Source of the DNA: Octopus vulgaris
Lineage: Eukaryota
Assembly (NCBI GenBank): GCA_951406725.2
Contig: OX597830.1
Location: forward strand, 24,552,001 to 24,616,000
Direction of reading: 5' to 3'
Length of the DNA: 64,000 nt
Shown: positions 24,241-36,239 of the stretch, piece by piece
Numbering within the stretch: position 1 is the first letter of the stretch
Layout: every line of letters begins with the position of its first letter
Notes under the pieces: model-generated
Databases searched by the model: none
What the model was told of the DNA's origin: nothing
What the model saw: the letters and a program-made list of their open reading frames with translations, nothing else
Translations under genes and position numbers: made by a program

Positions 24241-27200
24241 TTTCATGTCAAATATATATATATATATATATATATAGTCAATTCAAATGAATGAATAAAA
24301 TGAACGGAGAAGACGTGCACAAGAACTGTATTAGCTTGGCACTCGGTGGAAAGTTTTTCAAGTATAGCTCTACATTGGAAAGAAAGGGAAATGAAACTGC
24401 CAACAGCACGTGTATAAATACATTGGACACAATGTTTTACAAATTGCAAAAATTACGCAAATCAACACAGAATGCATTAAGGGGGCAGCTGGCAGTATTG
24501 CTACTGCAACAGATAAAATGCACAGCACCATCAACTTTAAATTCTGAGTTCAAATTCTATCAGGGTCACCTTTTTGGAGTTTTTTTTCTTTCAGGGTTGA
24601 TAAAATAGGTACCAGTTGAGCCCTGAGGCTCAATGTTATCAACTACTCCCATCTCTAGAAATTGCTAACCTTGTGCCAAAATTTGTAACCAATATGTGTG
24701 AAACGCATTTACTGTATGGTTTATTCTTTCTTTCAATTTTGTTCTAAATGCATGTGCTCATTCAAACATTGATAGAAACACAATGGTTTAGCACCGGTAC
24801 CATTAACTTCAAAAATGAAGAAATTACTTCAGTCAGAAAATATTAAATTCCTTGACCCAAGTTTTTTTGTTTTTTTTCCAATGTGTACATCATTCAAATT
24901 GTTAGAATCGAACAGTTTTTACAAGCTTTATTTATGAAGACTACTGGATAAGTAATACATTCCAGTGTTGGTTTATAATTTTTTATATTAGTAAAGCACT
25001 TATTGTATTCCCTGTGCAGTTATCACTATTTGCCTTTTTCTCGATGTGCATGCACATTCAAATGTGAATTGCATCAAATGCCGTTACTTAGCCATCTTCT
25101 AGCAGCTTTAGAAATCGCAAAAAAGTTATTTCTGGCCTGGACTAAACTATAACCATGTTTAATCTAGGCAGTCCTACTGCATGGCACCTTGGGCAAATGT
25201 CTTCTATAGCCTTGGTCCACCCAAAGCATTGTGAATGGATTTGGTAAACAAACTGAAAGAAGTCTTTTAGTCTAGGGTCCAATTGTTTGACAAATAGCAG
25301 TGCACCAACATAGCCACAGTCAAATGGCTGAAACAAAATAAGAATAAATCACTGGACATATAATACATTCCTATGTTGGTATACGTAATTTTTGATATTC
25401 ATAAAACACTTAGGTGGCAAGCCAGTAGAATTATCACACTGAACAAAATGTGTAGCATTTCTTCTGACCTTGTGTTTTGAGTTCAGATGCTGCTAGGGTC
25501 ATCTTCAATTCAATAAGTACCAGTTGAGCACTGGGGTTGATACAATCAACTTATGCTCTCTCTCTAAATTGCTGGCCTTGTAACAAAATATGAAACTGAT
25601 ATTTATAAAACAATTCCTGTACAGTTAATTATCTTTTTTTTTTCTATATAATGTTCTGAGGCAACTGTAGTTCACTTCAAAGAATGCTTCTAAACCATTT
25701 TGTTCTCTACCAGCTTCAGAAATGGCAAAATAAATTTGGTTAGGAAACCCTTCTAAGTTGTATTTCACATTGCTTTTGTGATATCTATAATACAACCACC
25801 AGGCACATCATAGCATTTTCTAGTGTTGGTTTACAATTTTTGATATTCACAAAGTACTTTTGTATTTCCTGTGCAGTTTATCTTGATTTCTCTTTTTCTC
25901 AAAATGTTTGCTCATTCAAATGTGAATTGCACCAAATGCAGTTACTAAACCATCTTTTGAATGCCTTCAGAAATGGTAAAATGTTAATATTTCTGCTGGC
26001 AGTGTCTTTGGTAGTTGATATAAAAGCCTCCAAAAACCTTGTTAAATGTAACTCCAAACATATAATGCATTCTATTGTTGCTTGATATGTATTTTTGTTG
26101 GTTTCTTATTTATGGTATTCATAAACCATATTTCCAATGCAGTAAATGATCTTCCCTTCATTTCTGTCTCTTTCTAAATTCAAATGTTGATTACATTGAA
26201 TGTAGTTACTAAATGACCTTGTTTATACCAGCTTAATAAATGGCAAAATCCTGGGATCTAAACTTTCAAAGCTTTCTTCTTTACATTTCATATTTGCCTA
26301 AAACGTTTTTGAAACTGAAATTTTAATCTTGCTACTGGTTTCATTTCACTGTAGTCTTCATGTGCAAACACACACACCATACTTCAATGCTAACCAGTTC
26401 ATAATCAAAGTATGATTGTAAGGCCTTTGAAATTCAAAGGGACCAACCTTGTCTCATTGTCATGTTGATTCTTCCAAGATTGCAATAAGAGTACATATGT
26501 ATGTATGGAACACTGAGCCAGTTACATGTTTGCAACTCAGCTGAGTGAGCAACTGAAATACTCATCAAAACGGAAAGCAGATCCACTTTATATATGTTAA
26601 TGCACAGACATGTCTAGGTGTTGTTTAGGAGCCATGGTGCTTAATCCAGTTGTACTTTTAATCACTGAATATAAAAACCTGGCTCACAAGAACTCTATTC
26701 AGGTTATTATTCCCCTGAGTTTTCATTTCACCTTTGGAATGTCCTTTCATTCTGTTGATCTTTTTATGCTCAAGGTAATCAGCTCCCTTTTCTCCCCTTT
26801 TCACTTCTTACACAATATTGGTTGGGAGTTGACTCTTCTGAGTTCTATCTTTTGTCAACTTCTTTCAATCTCACAGTGTGTCCAATCTCGCTCCTCACTA
26901 AATAAAAGCATGATAGGGTTGCTGGTCTAGTTGTTGATGACCTGACCATTGACAAGTTCTACTGGGTTACATGTCATCAGTTCACAAGAGCAACTTGACA
27001 TTCTTGCAAAAATATTTATGTAGCAATTGATTTGTTGCTTTGAGAAAATCTCTAAGCCAAATAAAAAATTTGATGCTGTAAAGGGGATGTTTATGAAAAT
27101 TTGAACACTATACCAGTAGTGGGTGTGTACTCTAACACAAACATGCACACACTTAATAAAAATTTTTGGTATGAATAAGTTTCCAAATTGTGTTTTAGTT

Positions 27201-28559
27201 TCTAAGGATTTATTTCTTAACATAGCCTCTGTGATGGTCAGAATTCCATAATTTCACATTTGGCATTTATTTTACTCTTTTCAGTGGCATAAATATTCTC
27301 TCATATTGACTATGTAAAATCTATTAAACAGCTCTAAGGAAATGAGGATAAAATCTGGAAACTGAGGAAAGTGGTAAGGGATGTTTGACATTGGTTTTAA
27401 AATGCAGATGTTTAAAGGTATCATTAAGATTCCTTACTGTAAGGAGTGAAAACATTTCAGCCAGTGATCTTTTGACAACTGTAAAAGGACAGCTTAGATC
27501 ATTTAAACTTAAATATATATATACCTTTTTGAAATCTTATCTCCCCAATTAAATAGAATATAAGCATTGATAGTTGACTCTATTTAAGAGAAGCACTTCA
27601 AAATTATTTAAATAAAAAAAAAAAGGGACCTGTTATGATTGGAAAGGAGAATTATAGTTAAGTTATAATGGATTTTTTTTTTATATTGGTATGGTCTGGA
27701 GGAAGACAGTACACATGGTCTTTATGGGCCCTCTGTGATGGAGTGGGGGAAAAACATGGGCAGATAAGAATTTCAGAATGCTCCCATTCAGTGAAAAAAG
27801 AACTGAGCACATACTATTCATCTTCAGTATGGTAATAGTATGACTGTACCCATTTTTTTCTTCTTTACTCAGTTCTGTACCATACACCAATGAGTGGATG
27901 CTCTTGTTCAATATTTTGTCCCAATATTGAAATTTTTTTGCTCAAAATTATGCAATGAATTGGTGATTGGCTCAAATGGAAACTTAACAACCATGTTATT
28001 ATTTCTCATAAAATGCATGATTCTTAGTCATGTCACATTTTTCTTCATGCTAATGCTATCTATAAAGTCTCTTGAATGTTTGAGTCCTTGCTTATCTTTA
28101 TTTTGATTTTGTTAGAAATGTTTGATTTCCTCAGTTTCCAATTTTAAATTTAGCAAAATTTAAAATGGGAACAGTGAGGAAATCAAACATTAAACCTTGT
28201 TTAGAGCTTCTGAAATCTAGCAGGAGGGAAGAAAATAATCTAATTGGAAACCTGTCCTAAATATTAGCACCAGATTCTGATCGTCTGGTTCCTCTAGCCT
28301 TACAGCAATGGGCCACATCTTCAGTTTGACATGCAATTGCTCCATGCTGAGCCTAACCTGTGGGCCCCATCTCTGACCCACAGACCACAATGGTTTATCA
28401 GCACCAGGCTGATGTAAGTTTTCTAACTTGTTGTTCATCACAATTTGTGGCATTTTCCAGGTGTAATTTATTGATAACTGGTTGGGGTTTTTTTGGGGGT
28501 TTTTTTTTCCAGGATTTGGAAAATGTCCATCTTTATTCATGACAAAACCTAAATGTGCT

Positions 28560-28880
28560 AATTGACATTTTTCTGGTTTTAGACAAAAATCATATCCTTT
28601 AATTCAAGAGATTCCTTAAATGCTCTTTATATTCAACTTCAGTTGGTGATACAATATCATTGAGGTAAACATAAGCATATGAAAGCGCCAGAAGCATAAT
28701 ATCCATTAGGAATTTGAAAAATCCTTGGGGCAGGCATTACCCCAAAATGTAAAGTTTCATTGGTACAACCCATGAGTATTTATGGTTAGCTCTTTTGTTG
28801 CATTATCTAAAACTATTTGTAAATATGGTTCTGTAAAGTCAATCTTGGAAAACCATTTCCCTTATTTAATCAACGATCCA
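28560..28880 (-). mobile_element. Ty3/Gypsy reverse transcriptase remnant
   Basis: WFSKIDFTEPYLQIVLD..TINTHGLYQ..FGVMPAPRIFQ..VYLNDIV. Confidence 0.8.
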
Positions 28881-30237
28881 TGTTGAAATGGTCCCTTGCT
28901 CCTGTGTCAGTTTTCTTAAAGACTTGGCAAGTTCGTAGTGGTTTCTGTGGGGAGCAGGTTTTATTACAGGGTTGGAGTACTAGCCCTATGCTCAGCCTTC
29001 CTCCCTTTCACAACCTGGCTTAGGACAAGCCATGACAGGATTAGCGACAGATTGGATTCTGCTAAAAGCTCTTGAAGGTAACAAGTAGCCATGTTAAACT
29101 GGGTAATAGATGAAGTCTACAGAAAAATTGTATTTGCCCCTTGTAAAATTCCTACTGCTTTTTTTTTTTTTTTTGTGTGTGTGCAAATTAAAAAGGAAAC
29201 ATTTTTGTTAAAGATATCAAGATTTTTAAGCTTTGATTTCTTCACTTGATTCAGAAACCATGATGAAAGTGAAGAAATGCCATCATGGAAGAACCATCTC
29301 AACAAAAACTGTTAAATTCACCTTTTGTTTTTGGGGTTTTTATATATATTCTTTGAGATATCGATTTGTTATACAGCTGTAATCTGGTTACTAACACAAT
29401 TCACCTTTTTGAACTCCTCAGTATATAAATATCAAATGTCCTGTCATTCGTGATTACATTTTAAATGAACTTGTGCATGTGTGTATATATGTATTTATAT
29501 ATGTATATAAAAGCTGTATTGGTCCTTATGCAAATAAAGCAATTTTTGTGAAAATTTAACTTGCTTGAATACTTCAGTCTTTTTAACAGTGTCATCTTTG
29601 TTACTAAACTATAACACCTTTTAGTCTTTGCTTTTTTATTTATGTACTAAAATAATGTACCAAACCTATTTTATACACTTCACTGTCCATGGCACTGCAG
29701 ACCACAAATATCTGCATTTGAACCTACACTGGAAGTTAGTGTGCATGTATGTATGCATGCACGCATGCACTTTTTCTCTCTCTCTCTCTCATACTGCTAC
29801 TACCACCACTTTCTATAGGTGTAACTGAGAAGGCTTAGAAGTATTACTGGGCTTAGTTTACCTTATTCCAAACTTAATGTAAAGCACTGATAAAAGAAAT
29901 ATTTTAAAAATTCACTAAAGATTTGAACAATTATCTTCATTATAAATAACCTCAGCACATGTATTTGCATACACTCAAACAAGATAGCTTACTCAGATTA
30001 TCAATATTTGCCTACTTGTGTACTGAAAATGCCTAAAAATTAAACATTTGAATCTACTTCAAAAGATAGTACAAGGGTAACAGTTCTGACAAATTGACGG
30101 CAACACCCATGTTGCACAAATATATGGGACGGTCAATTATGATGCACCAGCTTTGTCCTCACTTCATTTCTGAAGTGTAAAGTATACAATGATTCTGCTT
30201 TGATTGCGCCATAAAGTTTAAATAAAGTGCATGTGCA

Positions 30238-30597
30238 TCTATAATAATAAATGTGAAATTATGTCAGTCCGTCTGGGACCCCTGTGTCACAGCCTAAATT
30301 TGCTATACATAGACATGTTTTTGGAATCGGGATGATCCCAGAATTGAAATTCTGCTCTTCATTTGGTTCTTGAACATCTAGCATTGGGATCAAGATGAGG
30401 ATTTATATTCTAACAGTTGAAAATTGAAAATTTTAAAAACTCCAAAAATGTGTGAAATTTAAATATGGTATTACAAGTTTTTCATTTAAACTGAAGTTAA
30501 AGTAATACCATGCATTTTAGTTTTGGGTCGCAGGCCCTATTAGCTCCTCTACAGGAGCTAGCCTAAAAGTCTGCATGGAATGCAGCTTTTAAGCTAG
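30238..30597 (+). mobile_element. Non-autonomous Helitron-like element
   Basis: A|TCTATAATAATAAATG start, CTAG|T end, subterminal hairpin AAAAG-T-CTGCAT GGA ATGCAG-CTTTT. Confidence 0.65.
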
Positions 30598-31379
30598 TAT
30601 AAAATGGTAGACTTGCAGAGATATTGAACTCAGGACCCTGTAGTTGTGAAGCAAACTTCTAAACTATTTGACCATATTGTACCTTCACTACTGTTCATTA
30701 CACTTAAATGTTGGATAATAAAATGTTAACATTGGGTACTGGAATTGGCTCAGTTTCATTTTCTGGAATACTAAACAGTTCGTAGTATTCTTTGCAAGCA
30801 GTGTCTCTGCTTCATCTGGCAAAGAGGTTTGACACTTGGATTAGTCTCTTCAGGGCATCATTGGATGCATCAGCTTCCTTAAAAATATTAGAAGGCATCA
30901 GCTTTATTGCTTCTACTACTGGTGGCTGCACATTAATCTCAGATTTTTCTCAGACTTCCATTAAATTGGATGCAATCTTTACATTTGTCTTCAGCAGAAC
31001 ATATTTTGTTTCTAAGTTTTCTAAATGATAGCAAAAATCTAATATTTTTGTTGTATCCCTGATTAAGTCCATTCCTTGAACTAATTAAATTAGTTCTAAT
31101 TTCATAGAATAGAGCAAGGATTTTTAGTTTGCTATTTTGCTATGTCACCTATTTCTTTTTTCGTCTTGCTTAAAACAATTGATGCTTGCACATTAGATTT
31201 TGGGCTGTTAACAAATTAAACCAGAATTCATTCAATGGTCATTAAGGTGTAAATATTTTCAATGAATTGTTCAGAAGTTTAGAACTGAGAATGGATAATA
31301 AATTTTCATATTGCATTGCACAGAAGTTGAGCACACACATAAAATTTTATGCAGATCTCTTTAAAACTTGAAAATTTTA

Positions 31380-32240
31380 TTCGTTCTGGCATCCCTAAGC
31401 TTCTGTCTCTACTATCTTCTGTTCCTTCTTGTATATCTCCTTCTCAAAACCTACTTGTTCCTCATCCTTCCACTTTTCCAACTTACCTCTCTCCAAAGCT
31501 GATCCCCCCCTTCCTTAGTAGGGGGTCTGCAATTTACACCACTAATGCTTATCAGTGACTTTTGTACTTGCACAGAGGTTAAAAGCTGCCATTTCCAGTG
31601 TCACTGATTTCATTGCACCTCTTACACCTGTCTGCCCCCCACACACACATCTTCCCCTGTATCTTTCCCTTCCTCATTCTACTATTCCTCTCCTGTAGAA
31701 TCCCATCTTCATTCTGACCCTGTTTCATCCCTTCTTCCATCTCCCACTCTTTCCAGCTTGTCTGTCTTATGCAGTTACCTCATTCACAATGCTCCCTCCC
31801 CTAGGTCCCTTCTTGCTCTTTCATTTCCACACCTGCTTGTTTCTTTTCAACACCACCTTCACCAAACCCAACCACTACATTTTCCACATTATGAATGTTT
31901 TCCTTTGTTCAATATAAGAACCACAGGGACGTGCAAACTGGCCACTGACTGGCTGTGTATAGATGTGTTGCATACTTCCATACACATACATACACCACAC
32001 TAACAGATGTCCACACTATTCTTCCTTATGCCCTATTCCAGAGAGAAAAACTGACATGGGCTTCTACACCTTCCCTTATCTCCATCCCATAGTACAACAT
32101 TCCATATTGGATTCTAACCTTTTATCTTGTATCTCGTCCCCACTTAAATTTTCATTCAATATTTTTTTGTCTCTGCCTGTTCTTTCTGATGGACTAACAT
32201 GTGAAGCATCATGGCACTCCATGCTCATTTCAACCCTCCA
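31380..32240 (-). mobile_element. Heavily decayed RTE-like LINE fragment
   Basis: Composition like 1060-1475 with weak endonuclease-like peptide traces. Confidence 0.35.
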
Positions 32241-32545
32241 AGTGTTAAACTGACATTCGTCAAACTTTGTTCTTAGTAAAACCAAACAATAAAAAGAACA
32301 CAATGCATGCACACACAATTCCAAATGACATGCATAAAGTTGTAATTGGTTAAAATAGTGGTGATTTGTTTTGATTCAAGCCTCAGTTAATACTATCTAG
32401 AGATATGGCACCTGTCCATTTTTTTATTCCTGAATCTAGCTATTTCCATAAAGTATATTTTATGTATAAAACAAATGGTAATATGCAACGAAAAAGAAAA
32501 TCTCTTTAAATTTTTATTTTTCCTTTCAAATATTATGAACTTTAA

Positions 32546-32763
32546 CCCTTTTGTTACTGTATTTATTTTAAGATGTTTTGTGTTTCTCTCAATTACTTTA
32601 AATATAACAAAGAATTTTGTAAAGTAACTTAATCATTAAGCTACTGTTAGGAACAGTAATTGTGTCTAAGGTTTGGTGGAAGATTTTAATTCAAAACTTA
32701 TGAAAAGAAGATATTTGTACTACAGAGCCAGAGCCGGTTTCAGCCGGGTTGGTAATGAAAGGG
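32546..32763. mobile_element. piggyBac-type MITE
   Basis: TTAA|CCCTTT..GAAAGGG|TTAA; second copy at 63559-63771. Confidence 0.85.
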
Positions 32764-34060
32764 TTAAGCAGATCATTGCATGGTTGTAGATCTTCATTCA
32801 TATTACTGTTAGTTTATTGAATTTGAAGAGAAGAGGTTGTTCATGAAAAAGAAAGCATGGACAGAGAAAAAAAGAATCGGGTTAGTGAACAGAGCCCTTG
32901 TGCAAAATCAATGTTTTGAATCCCAAGTTGAGCATTGCTCTCTCTCTCTTCTGGTTACAGGCATTAGAAGCCTTCCTAATGATGGTTTACAACAGTGTAT
33001 TTCACTAAAGGTACTTGGGTGATAGGGTAAACCAAGCACTGAAAGACTGGGGTGATAGTCACACTTTACAGATCAGAATTATCACTATACATCATCATGT
33101 GCGTCATGTACAGTCTGCATTTTTAATTGAACATCTTCCTAATTAAACTTCAATTAAAATTTGTATTTTCCTACCTTTTGTGGTTTGTATTAGTCAACAT
33201 CACACTTAACAATAACCAAATTAACTCTTCTGTTAAAATAATTTGTAACTGAATTTCATTAGAGATACTAAGCTGGTATTTGGAGCATATCTTAAGACAT
33301 AAAAATTATACACTAGTACTTTTAGGTTTTCTAAATCTAGGTCGAGTTACTCTTTAATACTAAAAAAACACGGTCCTTCTAAATGCACATATGAACAAAT
33401 GACGGAACACATGCAAGATGGGCTTCTGCACGATTTCATCCAGAAGATATTGGTCAATAGAAAACTCTGAAGTGTCATTCAGCTGGATTTAACCCACAAT
33501 GGGCTTCTCTCAGTCTGTCTACCAAGTCCACTCAGGGTGTTGGTTGCCCTGAGGCTATAGTGAAAGGCACTTGCCCAAGGTGCCATGCAGTGGGACTGAA
33601 CCCAGAGTCATGGTTGGAAGTAAACTTAACACACAGTCATGCTTGTCTTTTTTTTTCTTTTAAATTTACTTCCATTTGTTTTTATTTCATACATAGTTAA
33701 CTTGATGTGAGATGGCTTTATTAAACACAAAACAAATACTAAAAAGGAACATGCTTATATTGACTGAACTGTGACTTGAGTAGCTTGAAAAGACTAATTA
33801 CACAAAACATTAATTTAAAATAAGACTTATCATTTTATGAATTAAACTAGATATGCTTACTCGGTCACACTTTGCTACTTCAATAAAAATTTCTAAGTAA
33901 AAAAACACCCATGTCTGTTAGACTAATTTAATGGAAAATAAAAATACAAATATATAAATATTGACCTAAATTTTAACTTTAGTGATTTAAAGGCATCAAG
34001 TCAATAGTTTTTGAGATCTGCTCATTAATTTCGAATGAACTGGCTGTACAATGCTGCATC

Positions 34061-34331
34061 TTAAAGATGAGATGATCACAGCTTGAACACCTTTTGATGA
34101 AAGGCCTATTCACTCAAGGCTGACCTTGGGTTATATAAATCTTTGGAAACACTTCTGAAGGAACTTCAAGCAAATTAATTTAATGGATCTCTTTGTAAAA
34201 CTTGCAACAAGATAGAATAAGTACCAGGCATTAAAAATATAAATACTCGGGTCAGTTCATTTGACTAAAAATTCAAGGTACTGCTCCAGCATGGCCACTA
34301 ATGGCTGAAGTAAGTGAGATAAGACAGTTCT
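34061..34331 (+). repeat. ~270-bp direct repeat, second copy at 36362-36634
   Basis: High identity along the whole length by eye. Confidence 0.9.
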
Positions 34332-34561
34332 AGTCACAATTTCATAAAACCCTAACATTAAAGCAGCTAGGAATGTATTTTGTTAATGTTTCAATAGATT
34401 TTCGTGTTTAAAGCAGTTGTTCGTAAACAGTTCTTCAACGATGTTCTGTAATTCTTAACTACTCCTAGATAGACTTAGCAAAGATGACATCACAAAAACT
34501 AACCTTCCTCTTCAGGAAAAGAAAATACTTCAGCTCTTAATCACTAACTCTATATGAAATT

Positions 34562-34799
34562 TTAAGGCAGTTAAGGCAGTGAGCTGGTAGAAACGTTAGC
34601 ACACTGGGTGAAATGCATAGCGGTATTTCATCTGCCGTTATGTTCTGAGCTCAAATTCTGCCAAGATCGACTTTGCCTTTCATCCTTTTGGGGTCAATAA
34701 ATTAAGTACCAGTTACGCACTGGGGTTGATGTAATCGACTTAATCCCTTTGTCCTTGTTTGTCCCCTCTATGTTTAGCCCCTTGTGGGCAATAAAGAAA
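34562..34799 (+). mobile_element. tRNA-derived SINE with a Meta/MESC-like core and a 17-bp TSD
   Basis: gagctggtagaaacgttagcac...gcctttcatccttttggggtcaataaattaagtaccag; TSD taactctatatgaaatt at 34545-34561 and 34800-34816. Confidence 0.88.
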
Positions 34800-35866
34800 T
34801 AACTCTATATGAAATTGAAGTGACCCCTTTAATATGATACTGCATTTACATTTGGGATAGTTCTATTACTACAGATATCCTTGGCTGTAACCCCACCACT
34901 CAAAACATGAAACTCCTTATCCGAGTATGATTATGTAGCTGTTTCCTTTGTAACCATGTGGTTTTGGGTTCAGTTCTACCATGCCCCATTACAGCCATGA
35001 GTCAATGAATGTTTTCTGTGAATGAATTTGATAGATGAAAACTGTTTGGAAGTGCATATGTATGCATGTTTTTGTGTTGAGAACTGGCATTGGTTTGTTT
35101 GTCCCCATAACTTAGTGGTTCAGCAAAAGAGAACAATAGTATAAGCAGGTACTGAGGTAGATTTATTTGCCTAAACCTGTCAGGGAATTGCCTCCAGCAT
35201 AGCCACTGCCCAATGACAAATAATACACCCTAAACAAATACATGTACATGGAAAATATTTGATTTCTTCTGTAATTGAGGCCTTCAGCTGTTAAATCTAC
35301 AATCTAATATAGTTGTGGGGTGGGGAAGGAATTCCCACGTTAACCAGTTCACAGTGACATTCCTCCATGAGTAATTTTTAGATATTTCATTAACAGTGAG
35401 TAATGAAGAAAGGTGACATTGAAGTTTATCGACAACAGAATTGATAAAGCAGTAAAAATATTTCAGTAACTACGTTGGTCTAATTATTCCTTTAATCAAC
35501 TACTTCAGTATTTGTGTGTTATAAACATTTTTCTCAATTTTGGTATTTATCTTCCTTAATCAGATAGACAGCATTTTTAATCAAAAACCTGTTTATTGTA
35601 ATATATTTTGAGTCAATAAAATATCTGTTCACGTAGAGAAGTTGCTCACTTTGGTCATACAAAATTATCATGTCATGTTTGTGGTGGATGTGTTGTGACA
35701 TTCCAACAAAAAAAGCAAAGGTTTCTTTCTCATGTAGGAATAGTGCTTTTCCAAAGTTCTAAATTGTTTCTTTAGAGATTGAGAAACACATTTACATCCC
35801 AATCATTTCAATATTATAGAGAAAAACTTGTTTTAAATCTGAGATGTACAGTAACAGTACTGGATA

Positions 35867-36239
35867 GTAATGTTTATATGCCAACAGAATGTAGTAGTCC
35901 TATAAAGGATAATGTTACTGTTTTAGCCCCAGGAAAACCTTTTCCAGCTGGCTATCGGTGCACAGTTTGTGTCTGTATAGCATTTACAAGAGAGGTCATC
36001 GTTTCTATCTCTAGCCTTATGTGATACTCGAACCTAGGTTTCTGGATGTTATCCGTCCTCAGTGAGAGACATTCATAAGCTACATAAGGTTAGAGATGGG
36101 AGCGATGACCTCCCTTGTAAATGCTATACAGGTGCAAACTGTGTCACTAGCCTATTGGAAAAGCTGTTTTCCAGGGGCTAAAACAACAGTAACATTGTCC
36201 TTTAAAGACTGCCACATTATATTGGCTTATAGACATTAC
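35867..36239. repeat. Foldback/MITE with ~155-bp inverted arms
   Basis: 35867-36022 is an imperfect reverse complement of 36082-36239. Confidence 0.85.
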
